In this document: in pieces, positions 23,882 through 32,000 of the stretch
How positions within the stretch are numbered: the stretch's first letter is position 1
Layout of the letters: each line of letters opens with the position of its first letter
Source of the DNA: Methanosphaerula subterraneus
Lineage (GTDB): Archaea; Halobacteriota; Methanomicrobia; Methanomicrobiales; Methanospirillaceae
Direction of reading: 5' to 3'
DNA: 32,000 bases
Assembly (NCBI RefSeq): GCF_052055875.1
Contig: NZ_CP170508.1
Span: forward strand, 1,300,177 to 1,332,176
Position numbers and translations under genes: made by a program
Notes under the pieces: generated by a model
What the model saw: only the letters and a program-made list of their open reading frames with translations
The model's database searches: none
What the model was told of the DNA's origin: nothing

Positions 23882-24721
23882 ATGATACAACCGGCCGGCA
23901 CGAGGAAGACGACGGGGATTTATTTCTTCTCCAGGCCCCTAAAACCCATCCTTATCGTACTTCTTCTTGCGACGCTGCTGTGTATCCCGACGATGGGAGT
24001 TCCTCTCTCTGGAGACATCACTGCCACACCCCTCGCCGACAGCCCGCTGAGTGCTGCAGCCTATGAAAGAGAGGGGATGGCCCTGATGGCAGAGGAGAAC
24101 TGGAGCCAGCTGATTGCATCAACCGACGCCGGGCTAGCGCTGTACCCTGACGACCCCGAACTGTACTGCCTGAAGGGATACGCACTCCGCAAAACCGGGC
24201 ATTATACCGAAGCAGTCGATAGTGTCTCCCAGGCAATCCCACTGGACCCGCGGCCGGTCAGGTATGCAAACCGGGGATATGCCCTGCTCGCGCTGGGGCA
24301 CTACGATGACGCCTTGAAGGATGCGAATGCCGCACTCTCCCTCAACGGATCCTATGCGCTGGCGTTTGGCATCAGATCATTCGCCCTTCTTCATACCGGC
24401 AACCTGAGCGGGGCTTTGCAGGAAGTCGACACTGCCAGGTCGCTCGACCCGGAGAACCCTCTGTTCTGGCACCTCAAAGGAAAAATTCTTGCAGCTGCAG
24501 GAGACCGCACTGATGCAATCCAGGCGTTCGAGCGCTCTCTTGCGATCAACCCCAATTACACGCTCCCCTGGCCGGAGTTTAGGAATGCCACGACCGACCT
24601 CGCGGACCTCAACAGAGCACATGTCATGCCCGGCCTGAGGATGGTGCCGGTCGGGGCCGGCTTCACTGCCGCCGTCGACCGTGTGGCGCTGGTCCTTACC
24701 CTCTTCAGCCCGACCCGGTGA
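23882..24721 (+). CDS. Secreted or membrane-anchored tetratricopeptide (TPR) repeat protein
   Basis: 279 aa. The N-terminal hydrophobic segment is ILIVLLLATLLCIPTMGV. At least five 34-residue TPR-like units follow (e.g. YCLKGYALRKTGHYTEAVDSVSQAIPLDP, RYANRGYALLALGHYDDALKDANAALSLN, WHLKGKILAAAGDRTDAIQAFERSLAINP). Confidence 0.8.
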   Translation: MIQPAGTRKTTGIYFFSRPLKPILIVLLLATLLCIPTMGVPLSGDITATPLADSPLSAAAYEREGMALMAEENWSQLIASTDAGLALYPDDPELYCLKGYALRKTGHYTEAVDSVSQAIPLDPRPVRYANRGYALLALGHYDDALKDANAALSLNGSYALAFGIRSFALLHTGNLSGALQEVDTARSLDPENPLFWHLKGKILAAAGDRTDAIQAFERSLAINPNYTLPWPEFRNATTDLADLNRAHVMPGLRMVPVGAGFTAAVDRVALVLTLFSPTR

Positions 24722-24834
24722 GGGTACCCTGCCGGGTTCTTCCCCACCCCCGGTTTCCCAGAGCACCCAATCTGATCGTTCCATCTGCCACAAACGACGG
24801 AGTATCCGATCGGACAACAAACACTTTTGATCCA

Positions 24835-24848
24835 TAATGTATATATTT
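24835..24848 (+). promoter_or_regulatory. TATA box for trpB2
   Basis: taatgtatatattt lies 21-34 nt upstream of ATG 24869, suggesting a leaderless arrangement. Confidence 0.5.
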
Positions 24849-24868
24849 GTACAACACGAGTACCATGT

Positions 24869-26227
24869 ATGCAGACCAAGATCCTCCTCGATGAGGAGCA
24901 GATCCCAAAAAAGTGGTATAATGTCCAGGCAGACCTGCCGTCCCCCCTGGACCCGCCGCTGAATCCACAGACCCAGAAGCCGATCGTCCCTGCAGATCTC
25001 GCGGCCATCTTTCCGGCCGAGTTGATCCGACAGGAGGTCACCACCGACCGGTATGTCGACATCCCTGAGGAGGTGCGGGACGTCTTCCGGCTCTGGAGGC
25101 CGACACCCCTGTACCGTGCTCACCGGCTGGAGAAGTTTCTGAAGACGCCGGCGAAGATCTACTACAAGTGGGAAGGGGTCAGCCCGGCGGGGAGCCACAA
25201 GGTGAACACCGCGATTCCGCAGGCCTACTACAACATGAAGGAGGGGGTCGAACGGATCGCATCCGAGACCGGGGCAGGGCAGTGGGGATCGTCCATTGCA
25301 TTCGCGACGATGCTCTACGAGATGGAATGCACCATCTACATGGTCAGGTCGAGCTATGAACAGAAGCCGTACCGGAAGTCGATGATGCATGTCTGGGGAG
25401 CCGAGTGCATCCCCAGCCCGAGCACCAGGACCGCCTCTGGCCGGGCCGTCCTTGCCAAGGACCCGGACACCCCCGGCAGCCTGGGTATCGCCATCTCCGA
25501 GGCGGTCGAGGACGCGGTCAACCATGAGAAGACCAACTACGCGCTCGGCTCGGTGCTGAACCATGTCTGCCTCCACCAGACCGTGATCGGGCTCGAGTGC
25601 CGCGAGCAGCTGGCGATGGTCGACGACTACCCGGACGTGGTGATCGGGTGTGTCGGCGGAGGGACCAACTTCGCCGGGATAGGGTTCCCGTTCGCAGGGG
25701 ACAAGCTGACCGGGAAGCATCCGGACGTCGACATCATCGGTGCCGAGCCGGCCTCCTGCCCGACCCTGACCAGGGGGCTGTACACCTACGACCTCGCCGA
25801 CGAGGCCGGGTATACCCCGATGCTGAAGATGTTCACCCTCGGGCATGACTTCGTGCCCCCGTCGATGCACGCCGGCGGGCTCCGGTACCACGGGGACTCG
25901 CCGATCGTTTCACGGCTGGTGCACGACGGGGTGATGCGGGCGGTGGCCTACCACCAGAGCGAGGTCTTCGACGCAGCCCAGACCTTCGCCCGCACCGAGG
26001 GGATCATCGTCGCCCCCGAGACCTCCCATGCGGTGAAGGGGGCCATCGACGAGGCGTTGAAGTGCAAACAGAGCGGCGAGTCCAAGACGATCCTCTTCAA
26101 CTGTTCAGGCCACGGCAACTTCGACATGTCGGCGTATGATGCCTACTACGCAGGCACCCTGGTGGACTACGAGTACCCGGACGCCCTGATCAAGGAAGCG
26201 CTGGACCGGATTCCACGGATCGGCTGA
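24869..26227 (+). CDS. trpB2: TrpB2-type tryptophan synthase beta-chain-like PLP enzyme
   Basis: I prefer ATG 24869 ([24 protein letters not shown], the characteristic TrpB2 N-terminus). Also present are [16 protein letters not shown] (PLP lysine), [11 protein letters not shown] and SHA. No trpA or other trp genes lie nearby. Confidence 0.9.
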   Translation: MQTKILLDEEQIPKKWYNVQADLPSPLDPPLNPQTQKPIVPADLAAIFPAELIRQEVTTDRYVDIPEEVRDVFRLWRPTPLYRAHRLEKFLKTPAKIYYKWEGVSPAGSHKVNTAIPQAYYNMKEGVERIASETGAGQWGSSIAFATMLYEMECTIYMVRSSYEQKPYRKSMMHVWGAECIPSPSTRTASGRAVLAKDPDTPGSLGIAISEAVEDAVNHEKTNYALGSVLNHVCLHQTVIGLECREQLAMVDDYPDVVIGCVGGGTNFAGIGFPFAGDKLTGKHPDVDIIGAEPASCPTLTRGLYTYDLADEAGYTPMLKMFTLGHDFVPPSMHAGGLRYHGDSPIVSRLVHDGVMRAVAYHQSEVFDAAQTFARTEGIIVAPETSHAVKGAIDEALKCKQSGESKTILFNCSGHGNFDMSAYDAYYAGTLVDYEYPDALIKEALDRIPRIG

Positions 26228-26240
26228 AGGTCCACCGACC

Positions 26241-27380
26241 ATGCGCAGGATCGGCTTTCTCGTCAACCCCGTCGCCGGCATGGGCGGGGCCGTCGGCCTG
26301 AAGGGGACCGATAACCAGGTGGAGGAGGCACGCCGGCGGGGTGCCGTGCCCCAGGCAGAGAGACGGGCCCGGATCCCCCTGGAGATACTGGCCAGGAACC
26401 CGGACCTCCTCTTCTTCACCGCATCCGGGGAGATGGGGGAGTCTCTCCTTGCGGAGGCCGGCGTCACCCGGTTCCAGGTGGTGCACCACTACTCTGGGGA
26501 GAGCACTGCAGGAGACACGAGGACGGCGGCCCGCCGATTCCTGGAGGAGGGCGTGGACCTGATCCTCTTCTGCGGGGGGGACGGCACGGCCCGGGAGATC
26601 TTCGATGTCGCCGGCCGGGAGGTTCCGATCCTCGGAATACCGGCAGGGGTGAAGATGTACTCAGCCCTCTTTGCCATCGACCCGGCCACGGCGGCGGAGA
26701 TCGTCGACGGTCCGACGCAGTACACCCTCCGCGACGCCGAGGTGATGGACGTCGACGAGGAGGCCTACCGGAGGGGCGACCTCCGGACCCGGCTCTACGG
26801 GGTGGCCCGGACGCCGGCCCTCCCCAACCTGACCCAGGTCAGCAAGCAGGTGTACGAGGAGGCGGATGAGGAACGGGCGAAGGAGGAGATCGCCCGGTTC
26901 ATCGGGGAGGTGATCCTCCCGGAGACCGTCTACATCCTCGGCGCCGGGACGACGACCGAAGCCATAGCCCGCCGCATCGGCGTGAAGAAGACGCTGCTGG
27001 GCGTGGACGTGGTGAAGGACGGGGTGGTCATCGCCGCAGATGCGGACGAGAAGACCCTCGTCGACCTCCTCCAAACCGAAGAGAACGCACGGATCGTCAT
27101 CAGCCCGATCGGTGCCCAGGGGTTCATCCTCGGACGGGGAAACCAGCAGATCAGTCCGCGGGTCGTGGAGCGGGTGGGGGTGGACCATATCATCATCGTG
27201 GCCACACCGCACAAACTCCGCGAGACCCCCGTGCTGTATGTGGACTCCGGGGACCCGGCCCTCGACCGGTCATTCGGCCCGTCGGTCCAGGTCGTCTCCG
27301 GCTACCGGATGGCCCAGCGGAAGCGGGTCCACCAGCCCGGACCAGTCGTCACCCCCTCTTCTGAATCAACCCAGTTTTGA
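26241..27380 (+). CDS. ATP-NAD kinase-family protein (COG3199-like predicted polyP/ATP NAD kinase)
   Basis: 379 aa. IGFLVNPVAGMGGAVGLKGTD, ILFCGGDGTAREI and PILGIPAGVKMYS are the diacylglycerol/NAD-kinase-fold motifs. The gene starts 13 nt after the trpB2 stop. Confidence 0.75.
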   Translation: MRRIGFLVNPVAGMGGAVGLKGTDNQVEEARRRGAVPQAERRARIPLEILARNPDLLFFTASGEMGESLLAEAGVTRFQVVHHYSGESTAGDTRTAARRFLEEGVDLILFCGGDGTAREIFDVAGREVPILGIPAGVKMYSALFAIDPATAAEIVDGPTQYTLRDAEVMDVDEEAYRRGDLRTRLYGVARTPALPNLTQVSKQVYEEADEERAKEEIARFIGEVILPETVYILGAGTTTEAIARRIGVKKTLLGVDVVKDGVVIAADADEKTLVDLLQTEENARIVISPIGAQGFILGRGNQQISPRVVERVGVDHIIIVATPHKLRETPVLYVDSGDPALDRSFGPSVQVVSGYRMAQRKRVHQPGPVVTPSSESTQF

Positions 27381-28127
27381 AAGAATAAACGAGGTGATAA
27401 AACCGAGGACCGTCACCAGGCCGGTCAGGTTGTGGGTCTTTGAGAACGCCTCGGGGATCATGGTGTCGACGAGCATCGCGAGGATACCGCCCGCAGCGAG
27501 GGCCAGCACCATGGCGATCGTTGTCGGGCTGAAGTGGCTGAAGACCGAGTACCCTGCCAGCGATGAAATGCCCGAACAGACGGCGATACCGCCCCACATC
27601 AGAAAGACCGGGGCAGCACGCCACCCCCGGGCCTTCAGGCCGGCAGAACTGGAGAGCCCCTCGGGGATGTTGGAGAGGAAGATGGCGATGACGGTGGCCG
27701 TGCTGACCGCTCCGCCCCCGATCATCGTCAGTCCGATGGCGATCGACTCCGGGATCCCGTCGATCACCGAACCGACGGCGATGGCAGCACCCCCGTCCTC
27801 AAACTCTTCCCCAGGGGGCAGACCCGACCGTTTCCGGTGCCGGGCCCCCCTTCTGGCCAGCAATAGATTGGCCGCGGTGAAGATCAGGGCGCCGGCAAGG
27901 AAGCCGGTGATCACCGGTACGATGCCCCCCAGGGTGTAGGCGTCGTCGAGCAGTTCAAGGGAGATGGCAGAGAGGAGGACGCCGGCACCGAAGGCCATGA
28001 CCAGGGCGACGGTCCGCTGCGGGATCTTCAGATAATAGCCCGCGACCGCCCCGATCAGGAGGGCTGACCCTGCCATCGATCCCCAGAGTCCGGCCATCGC
28101 CCATGTTGGAAACACGATATCATCCAC
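27366..28127 (-). CDS. ZIP-family divalent metal (Zn/Fe) transporter
   Basis: 253 aa and multi-TM. It carries the conserved ZIP motifs VIDGIPES, LSNIPEGL and DTMIPEAF. Its 3' end overlaps the convergent NAD-kinase-like gene by 15 nt. Confidence 0.85.
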   Translation of the reverse strand: MDDIVFPTWAMAGLWGSMAGSALLIGAVAGYYLKIPQRTVALVMAFGAGVLLSAISLELLDDAYTLGGIVPVITGFLAGALIFTAANLLLARRGARHRKRSGLPPGEEFEDGGAAIAVGSVIDGIPESIAIGLTMIGGGAVSTATVIAIFLSNIPEGLSSSAGLKARGWRAAPVFLMWGGIAVCSGISSLAGYSVFSHFSPTTIAMVLALAAGGILAMLVDTMIPEAFSKTHNLTGLVTVLGFITSFILSKLG

Positions 28128-28298
28128 GAGACCCGGAACTCTGAAGAGATCCGCGTCTATCTCCAGAATAATTGTGAGCAGGGCATAAGAGCGTTCGGGG
28201 GCGGACCGGATCGATCGTTATCCCAAAGACAGATGAGGATGGAAGATACATGAGGTAGACGTCCCATTTGGGAGAGCCAGGGCCAGGAGGAGATTACT

Positions 28299-28979
28299 GT
28301 GGAGATTATTTCAGGCATCCATCAGGTAGACGGGGTGAACGGGAACAGTTATATCGTCGCACGGGAGTCTCTGACGATCATCGATACCGGTCTGCCCGGC
28401 AGCAGTGCGAAGATCATCAAGTATATTACAGGAGATCTCAGGCGAGATCCTTCTGAGATCAGTACCATCGTGTTGACCCATGCCCACATCGACCATGTCG
28501 GCGGTATCACGAAGATGAAACAGGCAGCCCCCGGTGCAAAGGTCGCTGTTCATACGGCAGAAGCGGCATATATCACGGGAAAAATTCCCATCCCCCCACC
28601 GAAAGGAGTGATGGGGTTCCTGCTGCGTATCATGAGTGTGTTTATAAAACAGAATTTTTTCGAGCCTGATATCCTCCTCGACGATGGCGACCGGATCGAT
28701 GGACTCGTCTGCGTCCATACTCCCGGCCATACCCCGGGAAGCCTGGGCCTGCTCGATGAGGCGACCCGGACCTTTTTTGCCGGAGATACTCTCAGGTATG
28801 ACGGGAAGACACTCACAGAAGGCCCGAAGACGGCCACCCTGGACGTCGACCAGGAGCGGGCATCGATCCGCAGAATCGCCACGCTCGATTTCGACACCCT
28901 CCTCGTCGGCCATGGAGTACCCCTCAGGACAGGGGCAGGGGAGAAAGTCCGCGAGTTTGCCGGGACGTTACCCCGGTGA
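28299..28979 (+). CDS. Metallo-beta-lactamase-fold hydrolase
   Basis: 226 aa. It has VLTHAHIDHVGG (HxHxDH), a later HTPGHTPGS, and GDT...LLVGHG. The GTG start at 28299 is preceded by aggagg with an 8-nt spacer. Confidence 0.85.
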   Translation: MEIISGIHQVDGVNGNSYIVARESLTIIDTGLPGSSAKIIKYITGDLRRDPSEISTIVLTHAHIDHVGGITKMKQAAPGAKVAVHTAEAAYITGKIPIPPPKGVMGFLLRIMSVFIKQNFFEPDILLDDGDRIDGLVCVHTPGHTPGSLGLLDEATRTFFAGDTLRYDGKTLTEGPKTATLDVDQERASIRRIATLDFDTLLVGHGVPLRTGAGEKVREFAGTLPR

Positions 28980-29046
28980 AGGGGCGTACAGGCCTGGCAG
29001 ACCCTCTGCTGTACCCGGACTCCAGAGACCCGCCTTCACCACCCCG

Positions 29047-29898
29047 TCATGCCTTCTTCCTGATGAAGGTCCCCTCCCGGTACTCCCGGAATGCCTGCCG
29101 GAGTTCCTCGTCCGTGTTCATGACGATGGGGCCCTGCCAGGCCACCGGCTCATGGATCGGTCGCCCTGAGAGGAGGAGGAACCGCATCCCCTCCTGAGAA
29201 GACCTGGCTCCAACCGATGTGCCGGCGCCGAACACGACCAGGTCCCGGTTCTTCACCTGGTGCCCCGGCCCGTTTCCAAACGTCCCGCCTCCGCCGATGA
29301 CGTAGGCGAAGACGGAGTACCCTGCCTTCACCGGGTGGGAGAACGAGACATCAGGATCCAGTGTAACATCGAGGTAATCGGGATCGGCGACGATCCCCCG
29401 CACCGGTCCGACGACGCCGGCCACCGAACCGGCGATCACCCGGACCGTAACTCCTTCGGCCGGAGAGACGACCGGGACCTGGTCGGCGGTGATCTCCTGG
29501 TACCGCGGGTCCATCATCTTCTGCGCCCGGGGGAGGTTGACCCAGAGCTGGAACCCGCCCATACGACCGTTCACCGGCGCCGGCATCTCCGAATGAACGA
29601 TACCCGACCCTGCAGTCATCCACTGGACATCCCCGGCATTGATGTTCCCGGCGTTCCCCATGCTGTCCCGGTGCGCCACGGTCCCCTCGAGCATGTAGGT
29701 GACCGTCTCCATCCCCCGGTGCGGATGGGTGGGGAAGCCGGGCAGGTACTCCTCAGGGCGGTCTCCCCGGAAGTCGTCGAGCATCAGAAACGGATCGAAC
29801 GCAGCGCTGCCGAATGCCCGGTGCAGGTGGACACCCGCACCCTCGATGGTCGGGGCCGCCTGGTGGACCAGTTCGACTGCACGGACCTGTGTCGTCAT
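29047..29898 (-). CDS. Pirin-family bicupin protein
   Basis: 283 aa. FPTHPHRGMETVTYMLEGTVAHRDSMGN and WMTAGSGIVHSEMP are the pirin metal-site signatures. Confidence 0.9.
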   Translation of the reverse strand: MTTQVRAVELVHQAAPTIEGAGVHLHRAFGSAAFDPFLMLDDFRGDRPEEYLPGFPTHPHRGMETVTYMLEGTVAHRDSMGNAGNINAGDVQWMTAGSGIVHSEMPAPVNGRMGGFQLWVNLPRAQKMMDPRYQEITADQVPVVSPAEGVTVRVIAGSVAGVVGPVRGIVADPDYLDVTLDPDVSFSHPVKAGYSVFAYVIGGGGTFGNGPGHQVKNRDLVVFGAGTSVGARSSQEGMRFLLLSGRPIHEPVAWQGPIVMNTDEELRQAFREYREGTFIRKKA

Positions 29899-29935
29899 GC
29901 ACGGAACTGGGTCTGCTGGTTTTTGAACCTATGGG

Positions 29936-31105
29936 TCAGAGGAGTCCGAGGAAGACCCAGTAGACCGCCATCTGCAGGAGGGTCAGGGGCACCCCCACCC
30001 TGGCGAACTCGTAGAACGTCAGCGTTTCGCCCTGCTTCTCGGCGTTCTGGACGATGATCACGTTGCTGGCGGCTCCGAGGATGGTGAGGTTGCCGGCCAG
30101 GGTGCTGCCGGCCGCGAGGGCCATCAGCTGATCCGGTCTCCCGCCGGCCTGCAGGACCATCGGCAGGAAGAGGGCGACGAACGGCACATTGGAGATGAAC
30201 TGGCTGAGGAGGACGCTGGTGGCGAGGAGGGCCGGCACCGTGGTGAGGCCGCCGGCCGAGACGAACTGCTGGAAGAAGCCGGTCTGCCAGACGCTCTCCA
30301 TCAGGACGAACATGGCGGTGAAGAAGACGAGCGTCGGCCAGTCGATCGTCCTGAGGATCGCGAAGCGCCGCGGGGAGAGGAGGAGGACCGGGAGGGCGGC
30401 GGCCAGGGCGATCAGCGGGAGCGGGACTGCCATGCCATCGCCCATCGCCGAGGCCGCGATGTTCACCCCGGCGAGGAGGACGATTATGGCGATCGAGGAC
30501 TTCGCGAGCAGGGCCAGATGCCGATCGAAGGCAGGGGGTTCCCCGGCGGAGTCCACGGGGTCGGCCGGCCTGTCGACGGATCTGCCGGGCTGGAACTCCC
30601 CGCGGTACGCGATCCGGAGGACCAGGTAGGCGACCAGGAGGCTGATAAGAGTTGGAACGAGCAGGTAGGTGCCGAAGGTGACGAACGGGGAGGGGATCCC
30701 GCCGTTCACCGCGACGAGCAGGTTCTGGGGGTTGCCGACCGGGCTCGCCAGGCTGCCGGTGGTGATGGCCACCGCGAGGGTCAGCAGCAGCAGCTTCGGG
30801 GAGATCCGGGAGCGGGCGGCGATCCCGAGGACGAGCGGGGTGCCGATGATCGCGAGCGTGTCGTTCATCAGCAGGGCCGAGAGGAAGCCGGCACCGAAGA
30901 GGACTGCCAGGACGACCTGGTCGGGGGTCTTCGTCAGGCGGAAGATCCGGTCCCCGACGGTGAAGAGGTAGCCGCTGGCGACGAGGGCCTCCCCGACGAC
31001 GAACATCCCGAAGAGGAAGAGCATCACGTCAGGGTCGACGGCCTTTGCGGCGTCGACAGGGGCGATCTGGCCGGTGGCGAGGACGGCGACGGCTCCTCCG
31101 AGCAT
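29936..31105 (-). CDS. ArsB/NhaD-superfamily (citrate-transporter-like / SLC13-type) permease; N-terminus anomalous
   Basis: 389-aa polytopic ORF from ATG 31105, 37 nt upstream of the pirin gene. The same frame stays open for 31 more codons upstream (STFIAIIVLAAVFLLIAVRQVGRFNLKIWQI), which look like the family's TM1, back to an in-frame TGA at 31199..31201. See findings. Confidence 0.75.
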   Translation of the reverse strand: MLGGAVAVLATGQIAPVDAAKAVDPDVMLFLFGMFVVGEALVASGYLFTVGDRIFRLTKTPDQVVLAVLFGAGFLSALLMNDTLAIIGTPLVLGIAARSRISPKLLLLTLAVAITTGSLASPVGNPQNLLVAVNGGIPSPFVTFGTYLLVPTLISLLVAYLVLRIAYRGEFQPGRSVDRPADPVDSAGEPPAFDRHLALLAKSSIAIIVLLAGVNIAASAMGDGMAVPLPLIALAAALPVLLLSPRRFAILRTIDWPTLVFFTAMFVLMESVWQTGFFQQFVSAGGLTTVPALLATSVLLSQFISNVPFVALFLPMVLQAGGRPDQLMALAAGSTLAGNLTILGAASNVIIVQNAEKQGETLTFYEFARVGVPLTLLQMAVYWVFLGLL

Positions 31106-31250
31106 GATCTGCCAGATCTTCAGGTTGAACCGGCCGACCTGCCGGACGGCGATCAGCAGGAAGACGGCGGCCAGGACTATGATGGCGATGAACGTGGATC
31201 AGTGTTCGGGGTGCGGGGGGATGAGCGTTGGGATCTGGAGGAAGAGGGAG

Positions 31251-31448
31251 ATGAGATCAGGGCTGCTCGTCATCGGCGCATCGCTCCTGATCGCCGGCTG
31301 CGTACAGAGCAAGCCCGGTGTGAACAGCACGACGCCGGCACATACTGCGGGCACCCCTGGTGCAGTGCCGGATGATCTTTACCGGGCCCGCCGCCGGCGC
31401 CCAAACTCTGCTCGTCAGTCATCACGATCATGGGAATGCTCTGAGTAA
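31251..31448 (+). CDS. Tentative small lipobox-containing ORF (65 aa)
   Basis: MRSGLLVIGASLLIAGCVQSKPG... has an n-region, a hydrophobic core and an L-I-A-G-C lipobox, and is preceded by ggaggaagagggag. The C-terminal half is Arg-rich and looks non-coding. The ORF also overlaps the upstream region of the permease on the opposite strand. Confidence 0.25.
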   Translation: MRSGLLVIGASLLIAGCVQSKPGVNSTTPAHTAGTPGAVPDDLYRARRRRPNSARQSSRSWECSE

Positions 31449-31511
31449 GGACAATTTTTTATATATCCTCGCAGATCCCTTATAAACTTCATAGCAAGGT
31501 GTTGAAGATTT

Positions 31512-31868
31512 TTGACTGAAGAATTACACGATCAGGCCGGCACAGATGTCGATGAAAACAAGATGACTGCAGATCCCGTATCAGATGATGTACAATCCGG
31601 GGACCAGAAGCCGGTACCTGAAAGAACACCGGTCGAACCTCACAACATGGACAGCGAGGTCACCGAATCGATCGACCAGGTGAAGCTGAGATGCCCGCAG
31701 TGCGGAGAGTCGACCCTCCGTGCAGAATTCCCTGATCAATATGAAGCCTGGCTCAAATGTTCGTCATGTAATTTTTTCATGGGGATGAGTAACGAGGACT
31801 GGCACCGGATGGAGAACAGTCCCAATATCAATGAAAAGATCGCAAAGATGGCGAAGAAGAAGGAGTGA
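31512..31868 (+). CDS. Small acidic zinc-ribbon protein
   Basis: CPQCGEST...CSSCNFF forms a CxxC...CxxC ribbon, with a Lys-rich tail. The track start is TTG 31512; ATG 31563 (MTADPV) is the alternative. TATA-like ttttttatatat (31455..31466) and ttataaa (31480..31486) lie upstream. Confidence 0.55.
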   Translation: MTEELHDQAGTDVDENKMTADPVSDDVQSGDQKPVPERTPVEPHNMDSEVTESIDQVKLRCPQCGESTLRAEFPDQYEAWLKCSSCNFFMGMSNEDWHRMENSPNINEKIAKMAKKKE

Positions 31869-32000
31869 ATTCGGGACGAGCGTGATGCTGCCAGGAACGG
31901 ACCGGCTTCGTCCGGTACACGTACCCCAATCCCGCCCACAACTATTCGGTCGAATCCAAACTGAGTTGTGTGGAGAAGGTGGACGATACCTGGTTCCTGG

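Noticed and set aside
24640-24721. C-terminus of the TPR protein (PVGAGFTAAVDRVALVLTLFSPTR) as a PGF-CTERM archaeosortase signal
   Set aside because: The resemblance is weak. There is no P-G-F tripeptide, charged D-R residues interrupt the supposed helix, and the basic tail is minimal.
24377-25891. 504-aa minus-strand ORF overlapping the TPR and TrpB2 genes
   Set aside because: It is antisense to TrpB2, whose PLP motifs are unmistakable. The composition is Arg/Gly/Pro/Val-rich junk. It is a shadow ORF.
31199-31201. In-frame TGA in the permease leader as selenocysteine recoding
   Set aside because: I see no SECIS-like hairpin. The position is in a TM-helix/N-terminal region with no redox context. 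To my knowledge, selenoprotein machinery among methanogens is confined to Methanococcales and Methanopyrus rather than GC-rich Methanomicrobiales-type genomes. A mutation, sequencing error or truncated start is more parsimonious.

Overview
GC-rich archaeal chromosomal segment with short AT-rich intergenic islands. It comes from a methanogen: it carries a coenzyme F430 biosynthesis operon (cfbA-cfbE-cfbD-cfbB) and genes linked to tetrahydromethanopterin biosynthesis. Overall style suggests Methanomicrobiales, which is an inference only. I call 26 protein genes, one tentative small ORF and one tRNA-Glu(UUC). No rRNA, CRISPR array, transposase or integrase was seen. Layout: (1) 1-3552, minus strand: a truncated secreted beta-helix protein, then DUF447 / CitG-like / TIM-barrel Cys-rich genes and an Hjc-like nuclease. 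(2) 3611-8584, plus strand: cfbAEDB and ilvE. (3) tRNA-Glu. (4) 8841-15234: a copper/quinoprotein block that looks accessory. It holds a 959-aa secreted CBM6-DUF4399-GSDH propeller-cupredoxin fusion, divergent from a four-motif multicopper oxidase, followed by an FNR-like flavoprotein. (5) 15317-18514, minus strand: a hexapeptide acetyltransferase downstream of an 838-aa ribokinase-like + AAA+ + tandem-RyR protein of unknown function. (6) 18704-21520: a large 8-TM, triple-PAS histidine kinase. (7) 21662-31105: a loose redox/metal set (cupin, class-I flavoprotein disulfide reductase, TPR protein, TrpB2, NAD-kinase-like protein, ZIP transporter, MBL hydrolase, pirin, ArsB/NhaD-type permease). 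(8) 31512-31868: a small zinc-ribbon protein. The best candidates for undescribed biology are the RyR/AAA+ fusion protein and the extracellular quinoprotein-cupredoxin plus laccase pair in a strict anaerobe. Many long ORFs in the track are off-frame or antisense shadows of real genes and are rejected. All family assignments rest on motifs read by eye; no database search was run.
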